From a virus (Duplodnaviria > Caudoviricetes), in the IMG/VR virus record IMGVR_UViG_3300028048_000056, positions 1 through 64,000 of that record: a stretch of 64,000 bases of DNA. One strand, given 5' to 3'. The notes below the pieces were generated by a model. That model did not search any database, was not told the origin of the DNA, and saw only the letters and a list, made by a program, of their open reading frames with translations. Positions 38,732 through 48,311 of this stretch are shown in pieces. The first letter of the stretch is position 1, and each line of letters starts with the position of its first letter. A program made the position numbers and the translations under genes.

Positions 38732-38986
38732 ATGGCACAGAACGACATTAAGCAGCTCTGCCAGTTCAACAATGCGAAGGAAGCAGCTCGCATCCTGTAC
38801 GAAGAGGAAGGCTGGGACGGAGCAGACGAGGGTGCAACCGTTACGCAGCTTCAGGTCGACTACGACCTCACTCAGGAAGAAGCCGAAGAGGTGTTCTCCT
38901 ACATCATCAGCTACGAGGAAGAAGACGGTGTCGAGCGCGACGAGTTCGGCAATGTTATCGAAGAGGGAGATGGCTGGATATGTTAA
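38732..38986 (+). CDS. Small very acidic protein
   Basis: Promoter 38666 plus RBS. Confidence 0.75.
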   Translation: MAQNDIKQLCQFNNAKEAARILYEEEGWDGADEGATVTQLQVDYDLTQEEAEEVFSYIISYEEEDGVERDEFGNVIEEGDGWIC

Positions 38987-39363
38987 AGATTATCAGAGAG
39001 CGTAGCACGCATACCGAAGTAGAGCACTATGTCGAGTTCACCGACGGAGGAGGTGGTGGCTTCAGCTTCCCTTGTGACTCGAATGGCAACATTCAGTTCA
39101 ATGACGACATTCCCGAACTGGGTAAGGCACAGCGTGACAACTACGACTACGCTATGTCGCACAAGGAGCGGTTCACCTGTCAGTATGCTCAGTTCGTAAC
39201 TCGAAAGTATACCGTGACGGATAATGCCGTTGGCAGATGTGTCTGCGGAGAAGAAGTCGAATTGTACGACCAGTACCAGGGTGCTTGTTCGTGTCCGAAG
39301 TGCGGTCAGTGGTACAATATGTTCGGTCAGTCACTCGTAGACCCTGAGTACTGGGAGGACTGA
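38980..39363 (+). CDS. Zn-ribbon protein
   Basis: CVCG..CPKCGQWYN. Confidence 0.7.
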   Translation: MLKIIRERSTHTEVEHYVEFTDGGGGGFSFPCDSNGNIQFNDDIPELGKAQRDNYDYAMSHKERFTCQYAQFVTRKYTVTDNAVGRCVCGEEVELYDQYQGACSCPKCGQWYNMFGQSLVDPEYWED

Positions 39364-39429
39364 GATAACTTCGCATCTTCAGCCTAGATGTGTTATAATA
39401 TAGGTACAATAAAACACGGAGGTGTTCTT

Positions 39430-39651
39430 ATGGCAAATAAGATAGAAGTGTTCACCGAGAATTACGAAGAGGTGTACGGACGTAAGCCAAGAGGCAAAGG
39501 CACCTGGGCATTTTTCATTGTGTCTAGCAGAGGTACAGATTTCAACGAACCTATCATCAAGCATGGCACATATTCCGAAGCTCGTGATGCTGCCATCAGA
39601 GAAGCACGCAGTCAGGTAGGAGGGTTCCTGGGTCTTATCGTAGGTACATAA
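39430..39651 (+). CDS. Early hypothetical protein
   Basis: Promoter 39367 plus RBS; stop overlaps next promoter. Confidence 0.75.
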   Translation: MANKIEVFTENYEEVYGRKPRGKGTWAFFIVSSRGTDFNEPIIKHGTYSEARDAAIREARSQVGGFLGLIVGT

Positions 39652-39726
39652 CTTCGTAACCGTAACCACGAATCATGTATAATTAAGATACAATAAAACA
39701 AGTCCCAGATACTTAGGAGGTATAAT

Positions 39727-40026
39727 ATGGATAAGATTTATCTGGAGCAGGTTCTAGAGCAGTTCGTGGACAAGGCGAATGTCATCATCCAGACTCGGGA
39801 TTCCGACTACGCACCTACCTACTGCCTGGGCAATCATTATGCCGCTAGATGGCGGTTCGTCCTGGAGCACAAGTTCCCCGCTGAGCAGTTCGGTGTGCTG
39901 GACGTTACGTCGGAGGTCAAAGGCGGTACCCTGATGTGGGTAATCACGATCGACCGAGCTCGTGATAGAATCACCGACCGGCTGAGCGAGCAGGCGAATT
40001 GCCTTATCTCGGGACTGGATTTCTGA
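39727..40026 (+). CDS. Early hypothetical protein
   Basis: Promoter 39650 plus RBS. Confidence 0.75.
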   Translation: MDKIYLEQVLEQFVDKANVIIQTRDSDYAPTYCLGNHYAARWRFVLEHKFPAEQFGVLDVTSEVKGGTLMWVITIDRARDRITDRLSEQANCLISGLDF

Positions 40027-40038
40027 TAGGAGGTTGCT

Positions 40039-40245
40039 ATGCGAAATTTCACTTTCAGATACACATTACGCAACGGGCAGACAGGGAGCGGTCAGATTTC
40101 CGCTCCGAGTCGTGACGCTGTCGGCATGCTGGCAAGAGAGCGATTCCAGTTGCATGACGATGTTCGCATTTACGAAGTAAAGGAGGTAGTCGATGAAAGC
40201 GAGAATACAGACAGTGGAGCAGCTGAAGCAGGTAGCGTCAGCTAA
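40039..40245 (+). CDS. Hypothetical protein
   Basis: AGGAGG RBS. Confidence 0.65.
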   Translation: MRNFTFRYTLRNGQTGSGQISAPSRDAVGMLARERFQLHDDVRIYEVKEVVDESENTDSGAAEAGSVS

Positions 40246-40528
40246 GCTCCAAGATGAGTTCAACCGGCGTTATCAGGAAGCAACACTCGAAGGTGCAGTC
40301 CAGGGAATGGCATTCGTGATGTACGCACTCGAGATGGGGCAGGGCTGGAAGAAGAGCAGACAGCAGAAACTGTTCGAAAATATGATGGGGCTGTGCGATA
40401 TACCAGAATCCGCACCTTGGCTCAATCCTTACAACGCACTGGACATTAGGAAGCATATCGAAACTGAGTTCGGTATCGATTTTTCAAAATTACTCAATCG
40501 TGTCGAAGCATTGCCGCCAGACGAATAA
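40193..40528 (+). CDS. Hypothetical protein
   Basis: AAGGAGG RBS. Confidence 0.7.
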   Translation: MKARIQTVEQLKQVASAKLQDEFNRRYQEATLEGAVQGMAFVMYALEMGQGWKKSRQQKLFENMMGLCDIPESAPWLNPYNALDIRKHIETEFGIDFSKLLNRVEALPPDE

Positions 40529-40552
40529 ATAGCGCGGCGAAAGGAGATAAAT

Positions 40553-40828
40553 ATGGCACAGAACTTAAAATCCAACCGGGTGTACCGGTTATGGGAATCT
40601 ACTCAGGATATACTCGAATTCACACGCTGGTTACCAGAGGTAGTTGGTACAGAGAGGGAGCTTCGACGTATCGGTTCAATCCCGGTAGCACAAATCCCAC
40701 AAGAAGAGAGCAGAGTTGCTGCTGATGTCGAAATGATACAACCCGTTCGATTTAAGGATGCTGATGTAACCAAGTACCGCAATCTGCTGGCATTCTTCAG
40801 ACGTCGTCACGGCAGGTGGGCACGCTGA
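40553..40828 (+). CDS. Hypothetical protein
   Basis: GAAAGGAG RBS. Confidence 0.7.
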   Translation: MAQNLKSNRVYRLWESTQDILEFTRWLPEVVGTERELRRIGSIPVAQIPQEESRVAADVEMIQPVRFKDADVTKYRNLLAFFRRRHGRWAR

Positions 40829-40894
40829 AACTTCGTACTGCTGCCCTGGGTGTGTTATAATAATGGTACAATAAAACACAAGGAGGAACAGACC

Positions 40895-41260
40895 ATGGGT
40901 GAGATACAGAAGTCAGATATGCAGTTGAAGACCTTCTTTGAGAAATCAATGGGGTTTGTAATACGGAAGGCCGTTTACAACCGGGGTACATTAACCTACT
41001 ATATGTACGACCGACAGCAGGGTAAAGCTATTCTGTTCGAACAGCGTCCCGACACGTCAATGTCGTGTACGATGGAAGGAGTAACTCGAAACATCCCAGC
41101 AAGGGATGCGTTGGAGACAGCTCTGGGTCACAAACCGACACAACTCGAAATCTGCCGCATCGTTCAGGAAGTCATTCTTAAGATGATTGACGACCAGCTG
41201 GACGAAACGAAGCGACAGGTTGGCAGAGATTTTGACCGGTTCAGCAGAAGAGGTCACTGA
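40895..41260 (+). CDS. Early hypothetical protein
   Basis: Promoter 40829 plus RBS. Confidence 0.75.
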   Translation: MGEIQKSDMQLKTFFEKSMGFVIRKAVYNRGTLTYYMYDRQQGKAILFEQRPDTSMSCTMEGVTRNIPARDALETALGHKPTQLEICRIVQEVILKMIDDQLDETKRQVGRDFDRFSRRGH

Positions 41261-41346
41261 TGTAGGAACTTCGTAAACGACACCAGCGTGTGTTATAATG
41301 TAAGCACAATAAAACACAAACCGATAAGGTATAGGAGGAAAAGATT

Positions 41347-42006
41347 ATGGCAAACGAGAATATGGTTCAGAACGCAGAGGCTATCAACAAGACTGTTATC
41401 GTTAAGGAGGATGCTACTATGGCAAACGAGAAGGTTATCACAGAGGCAATCGAGACTACCGAGACACCTGCAGTAACACTGCCGAAGTTCAACGACGTAA
41501 TCATTCCGGCAGATGAGGACAGAGAGATGCTGCTCATCACCGCAACTCGCAACAAGAACGACGCTATGTTCTGGAACTACATTACAGTTCCGGCAGGCAC
41601 CGACCCTAGGGAGTTCATCAAGACAGTCACCGAGAACAAGTTTGTCAACCTCGTCGATGCTCGTAACGTCAGAGCATTCATCGAAGCAGGTGCTCCGCTC
41701 AGAGGAATGGCAAGCACAATCGCAGACTTCGCAGCTCGTTACGCTAAGACAAAGGGCGAAGTAACCGATAAGGCAGCGCTCGTACTCAGAGAGTTCACAG
41801 ACATCATTGCTCAGGTTGATGCTGGCACACTCGAGGGCAGATGGGACAACCCTGAGGCAATTGCCAAAGCCGAAGCAAAGGCAAAGGAAGAGGCTGACAA
41901 GGCAGCAGCAAAGGCTGCTAAGGAAGCCGAGAAGGCAGCAAAGAAAGCAGCAGCCGAAGCTCCTACAGAGGACGAGGTTGAGGACCCGTTCGATGTAGCA
42001 GAGTAA
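41347..42006 (+). CDS. Early protein, paralog family copy 3 (Ala/Lys/Glu-rich tail)
   Basis: LLITATR..KFVN..LRGMASTIADF.ARY; promoter 41267. Confidence 0.8.
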   Translation: MANENMVQNAEAINKTVIVKEDATMANEKVITEAIETTETPAVTLPKFNDVIIPADEDREMLLITATRNKNDAMFWNYITVPAGTDPREFIKTVTENKFVNLVDARNVRAFIEAGAPLRGMASTIADFAARYAKTKGEVTDKAALVLREFTDIIAQVDAGTLEGRWDNPEAIAKAEAKAKEEADKAAAKAAKEAEKAAKKAAAEAPTEDEVEDPFDVAE

Positions 42007-42039
42007 TCTAACCAACACTCGACCTCCTAAGTCGAAGTC

Positions 42040-42070
42040 AAGAGCCCTGGGCGATGAGCCTGGGGCTCTT
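42040..42070 (+). terminator. Terminator-like hairpin
   Basis: AAGAGCCCTGGGC/GCCTGGGGCTCTT. Confidence 0.65.
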
Positions 42071-42169
42071 GCTGCGGTATCATGGTTCTGGAAACTTCGT
42101 GATGCTGGTGTAGGTGTGTTATAATATAGATACAATAAAACAAGTCCTAGACCATAAGGAGGAAACGGT

Positions 42170-42502
42170 ATGGATAAGAATAGAATGACCTGGAACGAAG
42201 CAGTTCAGTACCTCACCGAGTTCAACAAGAAGCACAACATCACAACCAAGGGTGGTAAGCCCGCTACGTGCGTGATGGTCGCAGTTATCTCGAAGGACAG
42301 CTTCCGTAAGAAGTATACCTTAAAGGAGCGTAGCTATGCGTTCACAAACCACAATAAATTCTTCATTCCTGAGAACCTCGGTAACTCAATCTTTGCCGAT
42401 TGCCTGGATGGCACAGATGTAGGCATACGCCTTGAGCAGCACATACGCACTCTTGATTGGAATGTCGAATACTGCTACATCAAGGAAGAGCGAGAGGAAT
42501 AA
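42170..42502 (+). CDS. Early hypothetical protein
   Basis: Promoter 42093 plus RBS. Confidence 0.8.
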   Translation: MDKNRMTWNEAVQYLTEFNKKHNITTKGGKPATCVMVAVISKDSFRKKYTLKERSYAFTNHNKFFIPENLGNSIFADCLDGTDVGIRLEQHIRTLDWNVEYCYIKEEREE

Positions 42503-42579
42503 CTTCGTACTCGCACCTGCAGTATGTTATAATGTAGATACAATAGAACACAACCCAGAGCGTAGAGGAGGGCTTATAT

Positions 42580-42843
42580 ATGGCACAGAAGAAAGAGTAC
42601 ACCGTTATATGTCACCACAGAGGAAGAGCAACCGAGTACACAGGTACTCTGGAGCACCTCATTAACGACGTGTTCGGCTACACACTCGAAAGCGGCGCGT
42701 CCTGGCAGTACGAGAAAGGTTCTCGCAAGGTTAACACCAATCCGAAGTCCGGCAAGGGTCTTGTAACCGCCCTTAACAACGCAGCATACAACACCATGGG
42801 TTCTTGCTATAACCCGGACTGGTACGAGTTAAAGGAGGGATAA
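42580..42843 (+). CDS. Early hypothetical protein
   Basis: Promoter 42501 plus RBS. Confidence 0.8.
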   Translation: MAQKKEYTVICHHRGRATEYTGTLEHLINDVFGYTLESGASWQYEKGSRKVNTNPKSGKGLVTALNNAAYNTMGSCYNPDWYELKEG

Positions 42844-42845
42844 TT

Positions 42846-43331
42846 ATGCCACATGGCTATCAGTGGAGTCACGAAGACTACCGAAACGCCGAGCGAGCTG
42901 CTAAGATACAGGCTCAGGCGATAGCCGAAGCTCAGCGTAAGGAGCGTGAGAGACAGGAGAAGGAAGACCAGAGACGGAAGTTAGAAGAGTCTCTCCGCTA
43001 TCATCCTTCAACACCGTACACCCCTAAACCCTCAGCACCCCTGAGCCCTTGTGACAAAGAGCGTGCTAAAGAACAATCTGCTAAGCGTGTTCGTACCAAC
43101 GTCGCAAAGATGCGTGCAGAGAAGGCGATGGCTGCTAACTTCGGCAGTGCTGATTATATCCACAACCGCTACGGACACGCTGTCTGGCTTGGCAAGATAA
43201 CCGAGTACCGCAACAAGTTCGGCTGTTCAGAGGAAGAAGCAGTCACCTTGATGGTCAGAGACTATAAGGAGTCCGAGTGGACTCACCTGGAGGACCCGCT
43301 CATCGAGAAGTTCATGGGTCACCGTAAGTAA
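42846..43331 (+). CDS. Hypothetical protein
   Basis: AAGGAGG RBS. Confidence 0.75.
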   Translation: MPHGYQWSHEDYRNAERAAKIQAQAIAEAQRKERERQEKEDQRRKLEESLRYHPSTPYTPKPSAPLSPCDKERAKEQSAKRVRTNVAKMRAEKAMAANFGSADYIHNRYGHAVWLGKITEYRNKFGCSEEEAVTLMVRDYKESEWTHLEDPLIEKFMGHRK

Positions 43332-43572
43332 GGTCACAGCAAGCTAACGCATACACCGCGGTAGCTCACGGTGTGTAATTATACTACCATATGGTATACC
43401 TCAAGCAGAACCTTAGCAAAACCACAGCAGATTAAAGGCGCACCACACCGGTACGCCTTTAGTTACGGTTTGAATTGGTAACTCCAAAATTCGGAATGCT
43501 ACTCCAGATATGTTATAATATAGGTACAGTAAAACAAACAACGGAAAGCAAAGAGCTTAGGAGGAATAGATT

Positions 43573-43644
43573 ATGGCAATAGCAATTCTGGTAGCAGCAA
43601 TCATTATGGCACCGGCACTCCTTTACACCAAGGAGTCTTACTAA
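43573..43644 (+). CDS. 23-aa hydrophobic peptide (absent from ORF track)
   Basis: Promoter 43487, TAGGAGG RBS; MAIAILVAAIIMAPALLYTKESY. Confidence 0.6.
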   Translation: MAIAILVAAIIMAPALLYTKESY

Positions 43645-43662
43645 TCCAGGAGGTAGATAGAG

Positions 43663-43833
43663 ATGGAGAGAACAAGACGATTCAGATGGGATAGACTGGC
43701 ACTGTGCGTGTACATGGCTTGCAACCTGGCATTCGTTGCTTGGGTAGCGTTGTCATACTTCAACATCGTGCTGCACAACACCGAAGCAAACCCGGCATAC
43801 TTTACCTGGAACTTTTTCACGGTTCTGTTCTAA
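43663..43833 (+). CDS. 56-aa membrane protein (absent from ORF track)
   Basis: AGGAGGT RBS; basic N-terminus then TM segment. Confidence 0.65.
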   Translation: MERTRRFRWDRLALCVYMACNLAFVAWVALSYFNIVLHNTEANPAYFTWNFFTVLF

Positions 43834-44010
43834 GTTCCAGAACTTCGTAATACACCAGTAGGTGTGTTATAATATAGGTACAATAAAACATGGAGCGGAT
43901 GAGACGGGTGCATCGTAGCGTAGGTCACTTCAACCACACCCCGAGTTCTCGCAATAGTGGGGGCAATGCTCACCGCTCCGGACGACTTGGGAGCCGAGAG
44001 GAGGGTTCTT

Positions 44011-44142
44011 ATGCTGAGAATGGAGTACATCGACCGACAGGGTACATACCGAATCTACAGAATGGATTCACCGAACACAACCGTAGCATACGAGACCGAC
44101 TACTACAAGGCATTAGCAATCGTTAGACAGGGCTGGCGTTAA
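44011..44142 (+). CDS. 43-aa hypothetical protein
   Basis: GAGGAGG RBS after a structured leader. Confidence 0.6.
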   Translation: MLRMEYIDRQGTYRIYRMDSPNTTVAYETDYYKALAIVRQGWR

Positions 44143-44230
44143 GTCAGTCCTTTGAATAACTTCGTGAGTAATACCGCTATGTGTTATAATATAGATACAA
44201 TAAAACAAGTCCTAGACAAGGAGGTAGCGT

Positions 44231-44431
44231 ATGGGTACTGTTCTTAAGACAAAGGAGCAGAAGCTTCAGCTTTACAGAGCGGTTAAATATGAGGTAGAGG
44301 AGTTCGCTGCTGACTGTGGGTACACACTCGCACAGCTTTGGGCAAAGATTCACGAGAACACAGAGTCCGGTAGGTTCTGGCGCAGGACAGTGTGTATAGA
44401 CTATGGTCAGTATCTGAGAGCGTCGAAATAA
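44231..44431 (+). CDS. Early hypothetical protein
   Basis: Promoter 44158 plus RBS. Confidence 0.75.
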   Translation: MGTVLKTKEQKLQLYRAVKYEVEEFAADCGYTLAQLWAKIHENTESGRFWRRTVCIDYGQYLRASK

Positions 44432-44456
44432 GACGCTCTCCAAAGGAGGTATAGGT

Positions 44457-44891
44457 ATGGAAAAGTTCATCGAATATCTTAAGGCAAGAGCTTATGCCCT
44501 GGCAACCAAGGAGCTTGACAGTGAGGCAAACAGCTTTGGGTTCTCAAGACGTGTTCCAGAAATCGCACGGGCAATCGAAGACGCACAGGCAGGTGAGGAA
44601 GCCTACAACTTCAGCGTAGCTTTCGTGCTGGCAATGGCACAGCGTTACCCAGACGGTCGAGACGAGAAGAGCATTGGGTTGGCAAAGCAGCTCATCGCTT
44701 CTGGCTTGGGACTCGAAGAGGGACAGGAAGGAATCCTCAAGGAGGTAAGCCTGAGAGTAGTCAGAGGATCGATGCACCCCACGGTAATGCAGCAGGCAGC
44801 ACAGCTTGCATTCTACATCTTGGACTCGAACGGTGCGGTACCAGAGGAGCTCAAGGAAGACAGTGCTTGGTGGAGGATGCCACTTATCTGA
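44457..44891 (+). CDS. Hypothetical protein
   Basis: AAGGAGGT RBS. Confidence 0.75.
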   Translation: MEKFIEYLKARAYALATKELDSEANSFGFSRRVPEIARAIEDAQAGEEAYNFSVAFVLAMAQRYPDGRDEKSIGLAKQLIASGLGLEEGQEGILKEVSLRVVRGSMHPTVMQQAAQLAFYILDSNGAVPEELKEDSAWWRMPLI

Positions 44892-44990
44892 GCGGCACTC
44901 CAAACTTCGTAGCAGTACCTCAGGTGTGTTATAATAGTGGTACAATAAACAAGTTCACAATCCACAACCTGTAACCTTAGGAGGTACATT

Positions 44991-45377
44991 ATGGCTACTT
45001 TCAATTACAATCCTGTTCAGCTCATGGACCGCATCATTTCGTTCCACGGCCTGGTTGGCAACGAAGGCACCCTGTACGACACTGCTAAGTCCAACATCAA
45101 CACTCAGGTCGGCGTCAATGCGTTCTGGGAGTTCCGCAAGTCCGTTGCCAAGCGTCTGTACCGCATCACCGAAGCAGAAGCTCAGCTCTGGTACATCGCT
45201 CAGACTAACCTCAACACCGAGACTGGGTACGTCGCTTACTACGCACTCGAAAAGTCCATTACCCGTCGTCACGGTGACGATGCTGTGCTGTGCGACCTCG
45301 CCCCGAACTTTGCGTGGGACGACCGGCTTGCGGATGCGTGGTACAACCTCCAGGCCCTGGACACCAACCCGGCATGA
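44991..45377 (+). CDS. Early hypothetical protein
   Basis: Promoter 44903 plus RBS. Confidence 0.8.
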   Translation: MATFNYNPVQLMDRIISFHGLVGNEGTLYDTAKSNINTQVGVNAFWEFRKSVAKRLYRITEAEAQLWYIAQTNLNTETGYVAYYALEKSITRRHGDDAVLCDLAPNFAWDDRLADAWYNLQALDTNPA

Positions 45378-45415
45378 GTCGGGCATAGGTTCTGTAAAAT
45401 CTCACATAGCAGCAC

Positions 45416-45484
45416 AACGCACGCTAACGGTAACCATATACAGGCATACAAGTATATGCCTAGCAGGGACCGTTAGCGTGCGTT
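45416..45484. repeat. 16-bp perfect inverted repeat hairpin
   Basis: AACGCACGCTAACGGT / ACCGTTAGCGTGCGTT with inner AGGCATA/TATGCCT. Confidence 0.85.
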
Positions 45485-45804
45485 AGCATGCGTGTTGTGG
45501 GTATATGCAGCGTGTAGCTGCACTTTCGTGCAGGCTGTAGGAGCTTCGAGTGTATGTGCTAGCTATGTTATATAACACATCTAGCAGCAGATACCGAAGT
45601 TTCAACCGGATATGTCCCAGCAAAACCGCCCGAAAATTACGGTTTCGAAATACCTTTCAACGGTATTCCGATACTACGGTACCGCATTTTACGTTTTTCC
45701 ACCAGCACCCCCTTCGCCAAAAATCCCAGACATCAGCAAACACCGCAATCTCCTTGCTCCCCGCTCTCATGTTCGTGTACCCAGACATCAGCACTCGCCT
45801 TCCT

Positions 45805-45837
45805 CCCGATGTTCCCAGCTCCCAGCTCCCGACTCCC
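45805..45837 (-). repeat. Heptamer-like CCC repeat with G-quadruplex motif on the minus strand
   Basis: Minus strand GGGAGTCGGGAGCTGGGAGCTGGG. Confidence 0.7.
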
Positions 45838-46045
45838 GATTCCAGCATCCAGCTCCCCACACCCAGCTAACCAGCAAACGCCTTCGCGTCCAGGTTCCCG
45901 GCTCCCGATTTCAGAATTTCCCGGTTTCCCAGCAGCACAGATTCTGCACAAAATCCTAGACATCACACAATACCGCAACTTCGTTACTCACACCGCAATG
46001 TGTTATAATATAGGTACAGTAAACGTAAATCAAGGAGGTAATCTC

Positions 46046-46219
46046 ATGGCACAAGTAAAGAAAGTGATAACCGTTCGCTATACCGTCGAGGTTCCGGAGG
46101 AAATGACCAATAAAGAAATCGAGGAAGGGGTTCGCGACGAAATCGGTTTGGCTTATCAGCTGCCCTATGGACCGGAACTCGACGCAGAAGTTAGCGTTGC
46201 GGATTTAGAGAGGAGGTAA
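46046..46219 (+). CDS. Small hypothetical protein
   Basis: Promoter 45977 plus RBS. Confidence 0.7.
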   Translation: MAQVKKVITVRYTVEVPEEMTNKEIEEGVRDEIGLAYQLPYGPELDAEVSVADLERR

Positions 46220-46223
46220 TCTT

Positions 46224-48307
46224 ATGAGTAGACGTGAAATCATTATCCGATACATCGTCGATGTTCTGGATACAACAACCTACGGTGATATCAAGACAGG
46301 TGTGCAGACAGCTCTAAGTCAGTTACCCCACAAGCCGATTAGCGATGTTCTCGTCAATCTGGTTACTCCTGGCACTGTCCTGACTTATCCAGATGACGAA
46401 CCTCGCTTTCGTGCTATCATCAAGAAGACAGAGTTCACTCAGAAATAAAAGGAGGTATGGATATGAACATCAAACCGGAATCACTGATTAAGGCTGCTAA
46501 GCTTCTGCAAAGACAGTGTCGTAGCGTAGACCCCTGTGACGAGAACAGCAACTGCCTCTTCTATGACAAAGAGTCTGGTCATTGCTTAATCAAGACATTC
46601 CCCACCAACTGGGACCTGGATAAAATCCAAGAACGTATCGACAACGCACAACCCCAGCGAGCATTCGACGTAGACGTCATCGTAGACAAGTTGCTCGATT
46701 ACTTCGGGTTAGACCATAGCGGTAATCGGGTGCATGGGCTGCTCGGCGAAAAGCTGTTCACAGTACCGAATGTCACCGTAGCAGAAGCCCGTCGAATTCA
46801 GACTCGAGTTAATCGTATGCTGAATTCGGTTGACCTGTATTGCGAGATGACCTATGTCAAGAAAGACGGCGCTGCCTACTTTGATATCGTGAGTTAAGGA
46901 GGAGAATATGTCTAGCAAATACTACAAGGAGAAACTCAAGAAAGCTATCGAGCAAGCAGCCGAACGCTTGCTCCACGATTCCGGACAGCCGAAGGAAAGG
47001 TATCTGTACCTGACGAAGAAGCAGTATGAAAGCGACCCTGACGGGTGGCATGATGTTCTAAGGCAGCGTGGGTTGCCTGAGGATGCTATCAAAATCATAC
47101 CGAGTGTGTTCGATACGAAAGGAGATACCAAATGAATGGGTATGAATATACAAGACAATTGATGGCTAAGATTGATGCAAGCCCAACCCATACACTTGAT
47201 TTGAATGACGCTATTGCCTTTATCAGTTTCTATGGATTAAGAAACCTGTTCAATGCGCAGGGGAACATAGGATTTGTAGGGCACGTTGCAATAGATGTTC
47301 TTGATAAAGCAATTACCTATAATGAGATTTGCTGGAGTACGGAGTCTGAAGAATTATCGAAAGGAGTTAAATCTGATGAATGTATACCTAGTCAATCTGC
47401 CATATGGCGAATACACCTACGGTGATGATTATGCAATGGTTGTCGTTGCTGAAGATAAGCTTCATGCTGAAAGACGAGCACGCTGGTCATCAGATAATTT
47501 CAAGAAAGCAAAGAATATCAATGTATCACAGGTTAGTCTTGATACAGAAGCAACTATATTAAAGGCTAATGTAGGAGGGTAATCATGAATGACGAGAAGA
47601 AAGCAAAGCTGATTAAATTCATTCAAGATGAATTATGCCATGCCTACTGCGACAACTGTCGCGGTAACGACGAGAAAAGATTTGAAGGATGCGAAGACTG
47701 CCACAGAAAGTATATCGGATGGGAAGTAGGGTTACCAACCGCAACGCGAATTGCCGAGAAGGCAGCACAGATTTTTAGCGAGGACTGAATATGGCATCTG
47801 AATCCAAGAAACGTAAATGCAAGAACACTCGCTATGACCGCGGCGGTGAGAAAGGCAAGGTACGTCGATTAAAGGGATACGCTATGTATCACAAGAAGGA
47901 TAGAGTTGCGAACAATAAGGCAGCTAAAGAACAGGAGGATAATCATGCAGAATGAAAATGCAGATACATTAAAATACCGAGCTCGTGTCTACACTGATAG
48001 AGCTCTACTCCCTCAGATTGAGGAAGACCTTAGAATCATGGTGTATGCACTTATCGGTGACAAGAAGTTAGAGATAACTCAGGACCCAGGTGGTTATGAT
48101 GTTTACCCATCATGCAAGGATAGCTTGAAAGACTACTGCCCTGCTAAGAAGAAACGTTATCAAGCTCGCTTACCTGAACACTGCTTGTGCTGGTTTGGTG
48201 ATAGTCGGATTGAGCTATATTGTCGCATTATCTCGTCAATTGCGGGTAACAAGGTGTATATGCCGTTTTCGAGCATACCACGCGCATCATCAGAAGAGGA
48301 GGAATAA
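46224..48307 (+). other. Run of small hypothetical CDSs
   Basis: RBS-preceded, tightly packed ORFs 46224-46448, 46457-46897, 46908-47135, 47132-47425, 47376-47582, 47585-47788, 47791-47955, 47945-48307. Confidence 0.65.
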
Positions 48308-48311
48308 CATC

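Noticed and set aside
13590-43979. Hammerhead or HDV-like theta ribozymes near tRNAs or at 43892
   Set aside because: Could not find a complete CUGANGA/GAAA core or a full HDV-like double pseudoknot by eye; a covariance search is needed
38520-45496. Long hairpins as integron attC sites
   Set aside because: GCTAAC/GTTAGC resemblance in only some islands, not one per gene, and no integrase in the window
31559-46030. Repeated motif as a CRISPR array
   Set aside because: Copies are degenerate, irregularly spaced and separated by whole genes; no cas genes
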